DNA of 64,000 nt from Trueperaceae bacterium (lineage in GTDB: Bacteria > Deinococcota > Deinococci > Deinococcales > Trueperaceae): contig OZ243956.1 in the NCBI GenBank assembly GCA_965214405.1, positions 640,001-704,000 of the forward strand, written 5' to 3'. A model generated the notes under the pieces. The model was given only the letters and a program-made list of their open reading frames with translations, did no database searches and was not told the origin of the DNA. Every line of letters begins with the position of its first letter. Positions within the stretch are counted from its first letter, which is position 1. Of the stretch, positions 40,321-51,841 are shown piece by piece. Made by a program: the position numbers and the translations under genes.

Positions 40321-41034
40321 TCACGTCCCCAACGTCACGACGCCCAGCGGAAACTCGTTCATCCCGTCTACCTGGAGGAGCCGCGCGAGTTCGTCGTCAT
40401 AAAACTCGGCGCGGAAGGTGGCGACTAAATCGAGACCGACCGCCGCCATAACCGCGCACTGCGCCGCCGCGCCCGCTTCCAAATAGAGGTAGCGGTAGGC
40501 GCGGCTCTTGGCCCCGTCGTCGATACGGTTGGGCAGGCCCGTGTAGGCGATGATGGCGGCGCAAGCGTCGATGTCGGTGTCACCCAGAAGCGCGTCCTGC
40601 AAATCAAAAGAGGGGTCGTGGGAGACGAGGTACTCTAAGGAATGCTCGCGCGGGTTGTAGTGGTAAACGCCCGCGAACACCCCCTCGACCTGCCGGACAA
40701 TCAAATAGGTCTCGACCCCCGGCAGGGGCACCGCGCTCGAGCGGGTGCGCCCGCCGCCGTAGGTAAAGCCCGCGGTGGCCCAGAGAATCTGCGACACGTC
40801 GCGCTGGCGTAAGCGGCCGCCCTCGGGGATGCTCTCGCGGGTGGTGGCGAGCGCCGACCACAGGCCCTTGCCGCCTTTGAGGTCGGGCACGGGCAGCGCG
40901 TCGACCTCCAACGGGTTGGCGTAGACCTTGTAGGCCGACACCGCCTTGCCCGTCCGGCCCGGCAATCCGCCCCGGCGGTACTTCGTCTGCGACTGAAAAC
41001 TCGCGCCGATCGACTTGTCTTTGCTGTTGGGCAC
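40321..41034 (-). CDS. SagB/nitroreductase family protein
   Basis: SQILWAT, GVYHYNP..H.L, YRYLYLEAG..AQ, FYDD. Confidence 0.8.
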   Translation of the reverse strand: MPNSKDKSIGASFQSQTKYRRGGLPGRTGKAVSAYKVYANPLEVDALPVPDLKGGKGLWSALATTRESIPEGGRLRQRDVSQILWATAGFTYGGGRTRSSAVPLPGVETYLIVRQVEGVFAGVYHYNPREHSLEYLVSHDPSFDLQDALLGDTDIDACAAIIAYTGLPNRIDDGAKSRAYRYLYLEAGAAAQCAVMAAVGLDLVATFRAEFYDDELARLLQVDGMNEFPLGVVTLGT

Positions 41035-41175
41035 TCCGTCTCCTCGCGGTCCCCGTACAAGCCCCCGATGGTGATTCCCCTCGTTTTGAACGAGTTTACC
41101 ATTCCGGCACCGAAAAACGCACCCTGTGTCGCGGGCGCTCACCGCCGCACACGCCTCCCTGATAGCGTAACAGAT

Positions 41176-42141
41176 GTGAAGGAGAAGCTTTTAGACTGGT
41201 TTGGGAAAATCGCGCGCGACCTACCCTGGCGTCGCAACCGCACGCCCTACCGCGTCCTCATCGCCGAAGTGATGCTGCAACAGACGCAGGTGGCGACGGT
41301 GGTGCCCTATTTTGAGAGGTGGTTGGAGCGTTTCCCCACGCTTCAAGCTCTCGCCGACGCGCCCCTGGATGACGTGCTCAAAGCCTGGGAAGGTCTCGGC
41401 TACTACCGCCGCGCGCGGTTCTTACATGAGGCGGCGAAAAAGGTTCATAGGGATTACGGCGGGAATCTTCCCAAAAGCTACGACGAACTCCTCACCCTCC
41501 CCGGCATCGGCACTTATAGCGCCGCCGCCGTCGCCTCGCTCGCCTTTGGTAGTGACGTGCTGGCGGTGGACGGTAATGTTAAGCGGGTCGCCTCGAGGCT
41601 CTTCACGCTCTCTCAGCCAACCGAAAAAGCCGTCAAAGAAGCGCTGCTGCCCCACTTACCCAAGGGTCAGGCGGGCGCTTTCAACGAGGCGCTGATGGAG
41701 TTGGGCGCGCTCGTCTGCACGCCCCGCACGCCCCGCTGCGACGCGTGCCCCGTGTCCGGGCATTGCAAGGCGTTCAGGACGGGCCGCGTGGCCGAGTTTC
41801 CGCCTCCCAAACCGAAGAAAAAGGTGCCTCACATCCGAAGATACGCGCTTATCAAGGTAGATAATGGGCGGCTTTGGCTGAGGCAACGGGGGAAAGATGA
41901 AATGCTGGGCGGGTTGTGGGGTTTTCCTCTATTAGAAGAGGCGTCGGAAGAGGCGGGCAAGGGCGAACGGCTCGAGTACGTCACGCACGCCTACACGCAC
42001 TTCAAAGTTACGGCGACGCCTGTGTTGGTCGCCAAAACTCCCGAAGACGGCGCTTTCGTTCCTATAGAAGACCTCTCCAAGCTCGCACTCTCTAAAGTCG
42101 ACCACAAGATTTTAGAGGTTTATCTGGCATCCCAAAACTGA
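41176..42141 (+). CDS. mutY: A/G-specific adenine glycosylase
   Basis: RDLPWR, EVMLQQTQV, LPGIG.YSA, VDGNV, C-x6-C-x2-C-x5-C. Confidence 0.95.
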   Translation: MKEKLLDWFGKIARDLPWRRNRTPYRVLIAEVMLQQTQVATVVPYFERWLERFPTLQALADAPLDDVLKAWEGLGYYRRARFLHEAAKKVHRDYGGNLPKSYDELLTLPGIGTYSAAAVASLAFGSDVLAVDGNVKRVASRLFTLSQPTEKAVKEALLPHLPKGQAGAFNEALMELGALVCTPRTPRCDACPVSGHCKAFRTGRVAEFPPPKPKKKVPHIRRYALIKVDNGRLWLRQRGKDEMLGGLWGFPLLEEASEEAGKGERLEYVTHAYTHFKVTATPVLVAKTPEDGAFVPIEDLSKLALSKVDHKILEVYLASQN

Positions 42142-42210
42142 AGCAGGTAAACATCCATCCCAGCACCCGCGCAAACGCAGAAGCCCGCACGCCCGGTTTA
42201 TGCTGTACGC

Positions 42211-42501
42211 ATGAGCGAACGACACGAACGAGACTTAGGCAGACACCTTTCCGAACTTATCCGCGACCTCAAAGACCCGCGCATCCCCATCGTCGTCACC
42301 GTCGAGCGGGTGCGGCTCAACCCCGACTTCTCCCAGGCCAAGGTGCTGGTGAGCGCGCTCGGCGACAAAGAGGAGTTAGACGACATGGAACACGCCTTAA
42401 ACGGCGCGAGCGGCTTTTTGCAGCGTGAACTGGCGCACGACATGCAGCTACGAAAAACGCCCAAGCTAAGTTTTTCCACCAACCCCGCTGATGTTTTGTA
42501 G
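42211..42501 (+). CDS. rbfA: Ribosome-binding factor A
   Basis: KDPR, A.GFLQ.ELA..MQLRKTP.L.F. Confidence 0.9.
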   Translation: MSERHERDLGRHLSELIRDLKDPRIPIVVTVERVRLNPDFSQAKVLVSALGDKEELDDMEHALNGASGFLQRELAHDMQLRKTPKLSFSTNPADVL

Positions 42502-42522
42502 CGTCTCCGTGAGAACAACGTT

Positions 42523-42939
42523 ATGAAGCTGCGGGTGCGCTTTGCCGAAACGGACGGGATGGGGGTTGCGCATCACAGCGCGCATGTGGTCTGGCTCGAG
42601 GCCGCCCGCGTCGAGTGGCTGCGTGAGCGCGGGATTCTTTACAGCGACATCGAGGCGTCGGGGACCAACCTGGCGGTGAGCAATTTAACGATAGACTACC
42701 GGGGCAGCGCCCGTTTTGACGATGAGATTCATATTCAGACGGAGCTGCTCGAGGCCAAGAGCCGCCGCTTCCGCTACCGCTACGTCCTTACCCGCACTCA
42801 TGACGAGGCGCTGCTCGCTAGGGCCGAGACGGTCCACGTGCCGACCGACCGCACGGGCCGGGCGGTGCGGCTGGCGGAGAGGTGGTTGGGGACGCTCAAG
42901 ACGCACCTTCAGCCCGGTGAGAACGCGGGCAAGCTATAA
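42523..42939 (+). CDS. Acyl-CoA thioesterase (YbgC/4HBT family)
   Basis: VRFAETDGMGVAHH..W.E.AR. Confidence 0.88.
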   Translation: MKLRVRFAETDGMGVAHHSAHVVWLEAARVEWLRERGILYSDIEASGTNLAVSNLTIDYRGSARFDDEIHIQTELLEAKSRRFRYRYVLTRTHDEALLARAETVHVPTDRTGRAVRLAERWLGTLKTHLQPGENAGKL

Positions 42940-42966
42940 TCAGTTAGCGTCACCTGGGAGGCGTCC

Positions 42967-44669
<1,703 letters not shown>

Positions 44670-44688
44670 AAACCCGGTAGCATACGTT

Positions 44689-44958
44689 ATGGACGACACA
44701 CACGACTGGGTTGATTGGGGCGGGCTCGAGCAGCGCATCCCCCTAGACGACCTCCCCCGCTTCCACCGCGCTTTTTTGACGCTTCTACGGCCCGAAGAGG
44801 ACTGGGAAGAGGCGACGTTACGCAAGGTGCAGGGCAAGGTGCAGGCGAGCTTAAAACAACTTGAGCGCGACGGCTTAGCCAAAACGGAGGAAGACAGGTT
44901 CTACGTGGCTAAAACGATGATTCCCGAGGATTTTCAGCCCTACGCCGATGAGGCCTGA
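44689..44958 (+). CDS. Hypothetical protein
   Basis: 89-aa ORF in operon context, overlaps next gene. Confidence 0.65.
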   Translation: MDDTHDWVDWGGLEQRIPLDDLPRFHRAFLTLLRPEEDWEEATLRKVQGKVQASLKQLERDGLAKTEEDRFYVAKTMIPEDFQPYADEA

Positions 44959-45397
44959 GACCCCCCGGTTTATCGTCAACGTCGAGGGCGCAATTTTCCG
45001 AGAAGGCCGCTATTTGATGATTGTGCGCGGCGCGGAAGAGAGCCACGCGCCGGGGACGCTGTCACTGCCCGGCGGTAAGGTCGAGTACGACGAAATCGGG
45101 GAGGAGGTGCTCGAGCGGGTCCTAAAGCGTGAAATCCTCGAGGAGGTGGGGCTAAAGGTTGACGTGCTCGCGTACGTAGAGAGCAAAGCCTTTGTCGCCG
45201 ACGACGGCGAGCCCGTGGTGGACGTGGTGTTTCTTTGCGCTTACCTCCAGGGCGAACCCGCCGTCACCCTTCCTGACGAAGTCGCCGACGTACGCTGGAT
45301 GACGCCGCAAGAAGTCCTGGCGCATCCCGAAACGCCGCCGTGGACGCGGCAGAGCGTCGAGAAAGCGGAGCGCGTGCGGCTTGAACATGCCTCATAA
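44948..45397 (+). CDS. NUDIX hydrolase
   Basis: LPGGKVE...REILEEVG. Confidence 0.88.
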   Translation: MRPETPRFIVNVEGAIFREGRYLMIVRGAEESHAPGTLSLPGGKVEYDEIGEEVLERVLKREILEEVGLKVDVLAYVESKAFVADDGEPVVDVVFLCAYLQGEPAVTLPDEVADVRWMTPQEVLAHPETPPWTRQSVEKAERVRLEHAS

Positions 45398-46481
45398 CTG
45401 GCGGCGCGTGGTCGTCAAGGTGGGCACGAGTTCGCTCACCGACCTCTCGGGGCGTATTCACCCGCCCTTGATGTGGGCCATCGCTCGAGGCGTCGGAGTG
45501 CTGCGGGAGACTCTAGGCTGCAAGGTGGCGCTCGTCTCGTCGGGCGCGGGCGCGGCGGGGCGCGAGCGGCTGGGGCTGTCGCTGCCCTTAACATTACCCG
45601 ACAAGCAGGCCGCGGCGGCGGTGGGGCAGGCGCTGCTGATGCTCGACTGGGCTCGAGCCTTTGCGCCTTCTCCCGTCGCGCAACTCCTGCTCACGGCGTC
45701 GGATATTGGCGAGCGCGAGCGGTATGTGAACGCCAAGAGCGCGCTCGAGGCCGTCCTCAAGCTCAACGCGGTGCCCATCATCAACGAAAACGACAGCGTG
45801 GCGACCAGTGAAATCAAGTTCGGCGACAACGACACGCTGTCTGCCTGGACGGGCTACCTCATGGACGCCGACGCGCTGGTGATTCTCACCGACATCGACG
45901 GGCTCTACACCGCTGACCCGCGCGCACATCCCGAGGCGACGCGCATTGGAGAGGTTGCGCGCGTGGCCGAGGTGCGGCACTTGGGCGGAAAGGCCGGGAC
46001 GGGCCGCGGCACGGGCGGCATGGTCACGAAGCTTCAGGCGGCGGAAATCGCCACGGACGCAGGGATTGAGACGCTCATCATTGGTGGTGGGGGGGCAGGG
46101 CTCGAGGCGCTCGCCCGCGGCGAGGTGCGCGGCACCCGCTTCTTGGCCGCCGCGCACCCGCCCGCGCGCAAAGCGTGGCTCGCCAGGCAACCCACCAAAG
46201 GCGTAGTCGAGGTGGACGCGGGCGCGCTTCGGGCGCTCCAGGCGGGGCGCAGCCTCCTACCGAGCGGCGTGTTGTCCGCCTCGGGCACCTTCGCGTTTGG
46301 CGATGCGGTGGCGGTGGTGCAGGGCGGGGCGCGGGTGGCGCAGGGGCTGACGAACTACGGCAGCGAGGCGCTATCAAGAATTAGAGGACGGCACACGCGG
46401 GACATCGCGGCGGTGCTTGGGTACAAGGATTATGATGAGGTGATTCATAGGGATAATTTGGTGTTGGTGGATGGGGGGTAG
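45387..46481 (+). CDS. proB: Glutamate 5-kinase with PUA domain
   Basis: VKVGTSSL, INENDSV, GDND, GTGGM.TK, IHRDNL. Confidence 0.96.
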   Translation: MPHNWRRVVVKVGTSSLTDLSGRIHPPLMWAIARGVGVLRETLGCKVALVSSGAGAAGRERLGLSLPLTLPDKQAAAAVGQALLMLDWARAFAPSPVAQLLLTASDIGERERYVNAKSALEAVLKLNAVPIINENDSVATSEIKFGDNDTLSAWTGYLMDADALVILTDIDGLYTADPRAHPEATRIGEVARVAEVRHLGGKAGTGRGTGGMVTKLQAAEIATDAGIETLIIGGGGAGLEALARGEVRGTRFLAAAHPPARKAWLARQPTKGVVEVDAGALRALQAGRSLLPSGVLSASGTFAFGDAVAVVQGGARVAQGLTNYGSEALSRIRGRHTRDIAAVLGYKDYDEVIHRDNLVLVDGG

Positions 46482-46573
46482 GGACTCGAGCTTTAGACCT
46501 GGGCACAGATTTTGCTTGAACTGCGAAGAAAATAATAGCCAATGGACTGTTAAATACCTAAAATTTGAGCAGT

Positions 46574-46900
46574 ATGTTACGAATAGATGATTACATCTTC
46601 TTTCCCGGTGGTGGCTCAATCGTCGCCATTACCTACGTTCTCATGTCCGTTGCTGTTGCTTTGTTGAGCTGGCTCTTTTACCGTTTTCGTGTTGGGGGCG
46701 CGCGTTTAGCGAAAAAGCAGTTTCACATGGATTGTCCGAACACCCAAATTCTTAGCAGCAAGATGTTTAGTCTTGGCAGCTACCACTACGTTGAGTTTTA
46801 TCCTAGAACAGGCGAACCTATGGTTTATCAAATTGCGCGTAAAGAAGAAACGGCTTGGAGAGTAGCCGACCCACGCAAATCATCTAATGAGTCGTATTAA
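46574..46900 (+). CDS. Hypothetical membrane protein, AT-rich
   Basis: One hydrophobic segment; composition differs from core genes. Confidence 0.45.
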   Translation: MLRIDDYIFFPGGGSIVAITYVLMSVAVALLSWLFYRFRVGGARLAKKQFHMDCPNTQILSSKMFSLGSYHYVEFYPRTGEPMVYQIARKEETAWRVADPRKSSNESY

Positions 46901-46922
46901 AGGCATTATAAAGACGCCGACC

Positions 46923-46958
46923 TTCTCAGCCGCGTCACCCTCGAGCCCCAAATCTACC
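46923..46958 (+). repeat. DUF433 5' fragment repeat, copy 1
   Basis: TTCTCAGCCGCGTCACCCTCGAGCCCCAAATCTACC. Confidence 0.85.
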
Positions 46959-47041
46959 GACGATTCTCAACAACTATAAGACGCCGGTACTAGCGGGCAA
47001 GTTTCTTACTGTTTGGCGTCTGGCAGCGCTATACTCTAGCC

Positions 47042-47350
47042 ATGACACCGGGCGACAGATTCTCCACGACTCAGCAACGCGCCCTCCGGGCGTTCTGTAA
47101 AAAACACGGCGTGAAGCGTCTGGCTCTTTTTGGCTCGGTCATTACGGACCGTTTCAATGCTCACAGTGATGTTGATGTGCTGCTCGAGTTTTTACCGAAC
47201 CGGACACCAGGCTACGCGTTCTTTTCTTTGGCTGACGAGTTGGAGCGCATCTTAGAGCGGCCTGTGGACGTCACCACACCGGGGGGACTCCACCCTACGC
47301 TGCAACCGCACGTTTTAGAAAACGCTCAGACACTTTATGAAGCTGCCTGA
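47042..47350 (+). CDS. MNT nucleotidyltransferase antitoxin
   Basis: LFGS..SDVDVL, VDV. Confidence 0.9.
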   Translation: MTPGDRFSTTQQRALRAFCKKHGVKRLALFGSVITDRFNAHSDVDVLLEFLPNRTPGYAFFSLADELERILERPVDVTTPGGLHPTLQPHVLENAQTLYEAA

Positions 47351-47684
47351 GCGCGACGAGCTTTACCTGCGAGACATGCTCATCTATGCCCGTGAGGCTG
47401 TCGCATTTGCACAGGAAACGACGCTCGAGTCGCTAAAAAATAAAAATGATAGTAAAACGCTGCTTGCGGTGGAGCGGTCGGTCGAGATTGTTGGCGAGGC
47501 GGCTAAGAACGTTTCGCCCGCCACAAAGGAACTGCTGCCCCAACTCCCCTGGCGGGACATGGCACGCACGCGAGACGTGTTTGCGCACCACTACTTCAAG
47601 ATTGATGTGGAGATACTTTGGCGGATTGTTCAGGAGAATTTGCCTGTGGTGATTGAGGCGTTGGAGGCCATTTTAGGCGACTGA
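47337..47684 (+). CDS. HEPN (DUF86) toxin
   Basis: EIVGEA, RDVFAH RxxxxH motif. Confidence 0.9.
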   Translation: MKLPERDELYLRDMLIYAREAVAFAQETTLESLKNKNDSKTLLAVERSVEIVGEAAKNVSPATKELLPQLPWRDMARTRDVFAHHYFKIDVEILWRIVQENLPVVIEALEAILGD

Positions 47685-47708
47685 GATTTAGGGGGCAAAG
47701 GGTGAAAA

Positions 47709-47744
47709 ATCCTCAGCCGCATCACCCTCGAGCTAAAATTTACC
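47709..47744 (+). repeat. DUF433 5' fragment repeat, copy 2
   Basis: ATCCTCAGCCGCATCACCCTCGAGCTAAAATTTACC. Confidence 0.85.
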
Positions 47745-47823
47745 AATAATCCTCACCATCAGCTAAAAGTTGCGCCATGCACCCTCCCGTTGACTGACCT
47801 TCGGGAGGAGCGTATCTTACAGT

Positions 47824-48168
47824 ATGACGATAGAACTCACCCGTGAGCAGGAAGTGCTCATCCAAAAACTCCTCGCCACTGGGCGCTTTTCTAACAAAGA
47901 CGACGTGATTGGTGAAGCCCTGAGACTGCTCGAGCGGCAGGGCGAGATGCAGGGCTTTCGTGACGCGCTGCGCGACAGCCAAGAGCGAAACCGTGACCTG
48001 AATGCAGAAGAGGCGGCGAACCTCGCCGATGAGGCGGTAAGGTGGGCGCGAGCGCGTACGCCAGGCGGCGCGGAAGGGCTCAGAGTACCCGGCACTTTTT
48101 TGAGCCGCTCCCTGACGACATCCTCAAACCCTTTGAGTAATGCGGCTGCTCCTCGCACACCTTCTTGA
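47824..48168 (+). CDS. ParD-like RHH antitoxin, orphan, probably frameshifted tail
   Basis: TGRFSNKDDVIGEALRLL; alternative frame ends EPLPDDILKPFE* at 48140. Confidence 0.7.
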   Translation: MTIELTREQEVLIQKLLATGRFSNKDDVIGEALRLLERQGEMQGFRDALRDSQERNRDLNAEEAANLADEAVRWARARTPGGAEGLRVPGTFLSRSLTTSSNPLSNAAAPRTPS

Positions 48169-48238
48169 GGTGAACGGTAAACAACCCGCTTCAGCGCACA
48201 CGTCGGATTGGTTCACATGGTCGTGCTAAAATAGCCAC

Positions 48239-48673
48239 ATGGACGCATTCATCCCCCCGCTCGAGCCCTCGAAGGGTGTCCTTCACGACCTTGGCCTCAC
48301 GGAGCGCCCGCGCGACCTCATCAAAGCTGTTAAGGGCGGCCTGCCCATTCAGGTTTTTCGCGCCTTGGCCGAGGCGCTCGAGCTGAGCGACGCGGCGCTG
48401 GCAAAATTAGCAGGTATTAGTGGCACGACCTTAACCCGCCGCAAACGCGCCGGGCAGTTGACGTTTGAAGAGGGCGAGCACGTCCTCCGGATTGCCACCC
48501 TGCTCGAGCGCGCAACGCAGGTGTTTGAAAACGTGAGCGACGGGGCTCTTTGGCTCAAAACGCCTAATCTGAGTTTGGGCGACGTTACGCCGCTCGACTA
48601 CGCCGACACGGAAATTGGCGCCAGAGAAGTCGAGAGCCTGCTCGGGCGGATTGACTACGGCGTTTACAGTTGA
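48239..48673 (+). CDS. Xre/MbcA/ParS antitoxin
   Basis: TL.RRK, WLKTPN..LG..TPL, LLGRIDYGVYS. Confidence 0.92.
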   Translation: MDAFIPPLEPSKGVLHDLGLTERPRDLIKAVKGGLPIQVFRALAEALELSDAALAKLAGISGTTLTRRKRAGQLTFEEGEHVLRIATLLERATQVFENVSDGALWLKTPNLSLGDVTPLDYADTEIGAREVESLLGRIDYGVYS

Positions 48674-48700
48674 ATCTATCCTACCTCTGACTCTGTTTGT

Positions 48701-49183
48701 ATGGCTAACGTCCTCACGGCTTGGCGGCTCGTTAGGCCCAAGTACGGCGCTCAGGCTGACGCTTTTGGGGGTGAGGGCGCGCGTCTTTTCGGCGGACGCT
48801 GGAACTCGCCGGGGCTGCGGGCTGTTTACGTCTCCTCGAGCCTATCCCTCGCCGCGCTGGAAACGCTTGTCCATGCGGACAGGCGACGCTTCGAGCGGGA
48901 TTACGTCTCTTTCAAGCTCGCCGTCCCTGAGGCGCTTGTGCTCGAGCTGCGCGCCGAAAATCTCCCCGAGGATTGGCGGGCGCGGGCAGTGAGCAGAGGC
49001 GCGCGGCGCGTCGGTGATGCCTGGCTGACGGCTCACGCCAGCGTTGCCTTGGCCGTTCCCAGTGTGATTGTGCCCAAGGAACGAAACTATCTGCTTAATC
49101 CGGCTCATCCACAGTTTTCCGAGTTGAACATCGAGGAGCCGCAACCCTTCCGCTTCGACGCGCGGCTCGCTGATGGGGATTGA
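48701..49183 (+). CDS. RES-domain toxin (NAD phosphorylase family)
   Basis: GGRWNSPG, LETLVH, VPSVIVP.E.NYLLNP.H. Confidence 0.93.
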   Translation: MANVLTAWRLVRPKYGAQADAFGGEGARLFGGRWNSPGLRAVYVSSSLSLAALETLVHADRRRFERDYVSFKLAVPEALVLELRAENLPEDWRARAVSRGARRVGDAWLTAHASVALAVPSVIVPKERNYLLNPAHPQFSELNIEEPQPFRFDARLADGD

Positions 49184-49340
49184 CATACCCCTCTCCTCTT
49201 GACCTGTTTTTCAAAGGCCGCCAGACGAACATGGTTTATAAAGTCGACGTGGTTTTCGGTTCTACACAGCCAAGTTGGGGGGCTCTAGGAAAACCTACTT
49301 GAACCCACGCCCAAGCTTTTCACAGCTCTCCTACGCTAGA

Positions 49341-49587
49341 ATGCACCCTACGAGCGAGGTCGATATCCTCAGCCGCATCACCCTCGAGCCCGAAATCTGC
49401 CACGGCAAGCCCTGCATCAGAGGGCTCAGGTATCCGGTGGAGACGATTCGTAAGCTCCTCACCAGCGGGATGACCTTATGATGAAATCTTGGATAATTAT
49501 GAAGATTTAGAGCGCGAAGATTTACAAGCAGCTATGGCCTATGCGACCAGGCTCAGCCGGACTAAACGCGTTGTTCCTGCTTCTTGA
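49341..49587 (+). pseudogene. DUF433 gene with a 1-nt frameshift; contains repeat copy 3 (49365-49401)
   Basis: [22 protein letters not shown]...GMT / [23 protein letters not shown]. Confidence 0.85.
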
Positions 49588-49636
49588 TTCGCTTTTCGGT
49601 TGACGCTCACCTGCCCAGGCGTCTGGCGAGAGTGCT

Positions 49637-50161
49637 TCACGCTGCGGGTTGTAACAAGAGCCACGCCCTCATCTCTTTGGGCGTGTGGAGGCGGACGAGC
49701 GTCAGATGATCGTAGCGTGGGTCCGCCAGGAGCGTTTCATACTTCCTACGCTTCGCCCAGTGCGTGCGGAGCGCCCACAGGAAGATCGAGTCGCGGCTGG
49801 CGAACTGCGCCCAAAACCTTTCTCTGTTGCCGTTCCAGAGCGTTTCTTGCCGCAACACCCGCCCCAAGGTGCGGCGTGTAAGCTGCCGCATCACCACGGG
49901 AAAAGGATAGTCGAGCCACACCAGCGTGTCGGCCCGGTCCCAAACGATATCCCGCACGGCGCTGTAGTTGCCGTCGACCACCCAGCGAGGCGCTTCGAGC
50001 GCCCCGGCGACCCGCTCACGAAAAAGAGGCGAGGGCGTCCAAGCCGCGTCCCAGTGCAGCGCGTCGAGTTCGGTGTGAGGAACCCCCAAACGTTGCGCGA
50101 GACGTGCGGCCAGGGTTGTTTTCCCTGAACCCGTCGTCCCGACGACCACGACGCGCTGCAT
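49637..50161 (-). CDS. P-loop adenylate kinase-like / topology modulation protein
   Basis: GTTGSGKTT, ELDALHW, WVVDGNY. Confidence 0.85.
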   Translation of the reverse strand: MQRVVVVGTTGSGKTTLAARLAQRLGVPHTELDALHWDAAWTPSPLFRERVAGALEAPRWVVDGNYSAVRDIVWDRADTLVWLDYPFPVVMRQLTRRTLGRVLRQETLWNGNRERFWAQFASRDSIFLWALRTHWAKRRKYETLLADPRYDHLTLVRLHTPKEMRAWLLLQPAA

Positions 50162-50162
50162 T

Positions 50163-51059
50163 TTACTGTGGGTGAGGACTGTAGAGGCCGGGCTCGAGTC
50201 CCACCAGGGCCACCTCTTCATCCGGGGTTTTCCACGCGTAGGCCATGTGCGGGGCGTTATGAACCGCGCAGACCTCACCCGTTGCGCTTAGAGCGATAAG
50301 GCCGCCCGCGCCGCCAAAGCCGCGCACCTCGCTTAGAACCACTTGCGCCGCGCTCTGGAGCCCTTCGCCTCTTTTCAAGCGCGCGGCGAGCGCTTTGGCC
50401 GCGACCGCGCGCACGAACGCTTCGCCCTGACCCGTGCAGGACACCGCGACGGAGGCATCGGCGTAGGTGCCCGCGCCGATAAGGGGCGAGTCGCCCACGC
50501 GTCCCGGCCACTTGCCCAGCACGCCACCCGTGGAGGTGGCGGCGGCCAAACCGCCCGCACCGTCCAGCGCCACCGCGCCCACGGTTGCGGAGCCGACGGG
50601 GCCGCTTCTGCGCTCGAGCCACCCCTCAAACGCACGCTTCGTACGCGCCGTCAGCAGGTCTTTATTGTCGATAGGTTCCGTAACGAGCGCGTCCGCCCCC
50701 ACGCCCACAAACATCACGTGGGGCGTTTCGCGCCTCACAAAGTCGGCAACAAGAACGGGATTCTTGGCCCTGGTAAGCCCCGCGACCGCGCCGCAACTCC
50801 CGTCCGCGCCCACCATCACCGCCGCGTCACACTCGACGACGCCGTCACGGTTAGGCGAACCGCCCGTGCCCGCATTAAACGCTTCACTGTTATTTTCCAT
50901 CGTCACAACCGCTGCCAGCACGGCTTTTAGCGCCGCCCCGCCCTCCGCCAGCACAGCGAAGCCCGCGTCCCGACCCGCGACGAGTCCTGCTCTATACGCC
51001 TCCCGGTCCTCTTCACGAATGGTCCCGGAGCCGCCGTGAATGAGTAGAGTGAGCGCCAT
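50163..51059 (-). CDS. Isoaspartyl peptidase / L-asparaginase
   Basis: IHGG, TVGAVA, STGG, GRVGDSP. Confidence 0.92.
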   Translation of the reverse strand: MALTLLIHGGSGTIREEDREAYRAGLVAGRDAGFAVLAEGGAALKAVLAAVVTMENNSEAFNAGTGGSPNRDGVVECDAAVMVGADGSCGAVAGLTRAKNPVLVADFVRRETPHVMFVGVGADALVTEPIDNKDLLTARTKRAFEGWLERRSGPVGSATVGAVALDGAGGLAAATSTGGVLGKWPGRVGDSPLIGAGTYADASVAVSCTGQGEAFVRAVAAKALAARLKRGEGLQSAAQVVLSEVRGFGGAGGLIALSATGEVCAVHNAPHMAYAWKTPDEEVALVGLEPGLYSPHPQ

Positions 51060-51142
51060 AACCCTATCTAAACACAGAACCGGGGGTGCGGTGACGTAAG
51101 CTCATTGTGCGGATGGCGGCCTCACATCTGCGGCACGTGAAT

Positions 51143-51811
51143 CTATCTAGACGTGACAGGCACCAGCGCCGCTTGAAATACGTAGTCGCCGCCGGACGCT
51201 TGCGCTCGAGCGGGCAGATACCGAAGGTAGAGGTCGCGCAGCTCCAACTGAAGCGCCTTGGCCTCCTCTTCGGAAAGGCGCAGCTCTACGCTAAAGTCGA
51301 ACGCTGGCGGATAAGCAGGATTATCAAAGTTGAGCTTTACAGAAGACACCTCCCCCGACTCCCAATTGACCTCGCCGTAGGGGTCGCGGTAGAAGCGCCT
51401 GCCGTCGTGACCAATATTTTGGAGCAACGCAGCCCACTGCCGGGCGAGAAAGGTGGCTTGTTCCTTCATTTGCTCAAGCAGCGCGTCTTCCAAATTCGCA
51501 TAAGGCGTGACGCTGTGGGGGATGAAGTACGCATCGAACGTTGAGCGATAGTGCTTGACGGGCCGTCCCGCCCGCGGTTCCTCACGCGCCACCCGCAAGA
51601 GCCCAGCCTCTAAGAAAACCCTTACCCGGTAGAGCATGGCGTGGAGCGTGCAGCCTATTTCCTTGGCGGCGGCGGACACGGTGTTGTCACGGGCGAGAAA
51701 CGGCTCGAAAAAGGGCCGCGTTTTGGGGTCGGTCAAGAGGCGCGCTTGGGTGGGGTCCTGAACGGTGCGAAAGAGCTCGAGGGGCGGTCTACGCGAAAAG
51801 TAATCTTCCAT
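51143..51811 (-). CDS. Winged-helix transcriptional regulator divergent from MFS gene
   Basis: TVSAAAKE...YRV..GLL....RAGRPVKHY. Confidence 0.75.
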   Translation of the reverse strand: MEDYFSRRPPLELFRTVQDPTQARLLTDPKTRPFFEPFLARDNTVSAAAKEIGCTLHAMLYRVRVFLEAGLLRVAREEPRAGRPVKHYRSTFDAYFIPHSVTPYANLEDALLEQMKEQATFLARQWAALLQNIGHDGRRFYRDPYGEVNWESGEVSSVKLNFDNPAYPPAFDFSVELRLSEEEAKALQLELRDLYLRYLPARAQASGGDYVFQAALVPVTSR

Positions 51812-51841
51812 TTTACGTAGATTAGCACGCACCCTGGGTTT

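Noticed and set aside
40321..41034. RiPP (TOMM) cluster around the SagB-like gene
   Set aside because: No YcaO enzyme, precursor peptide or dedicated transporter nearby
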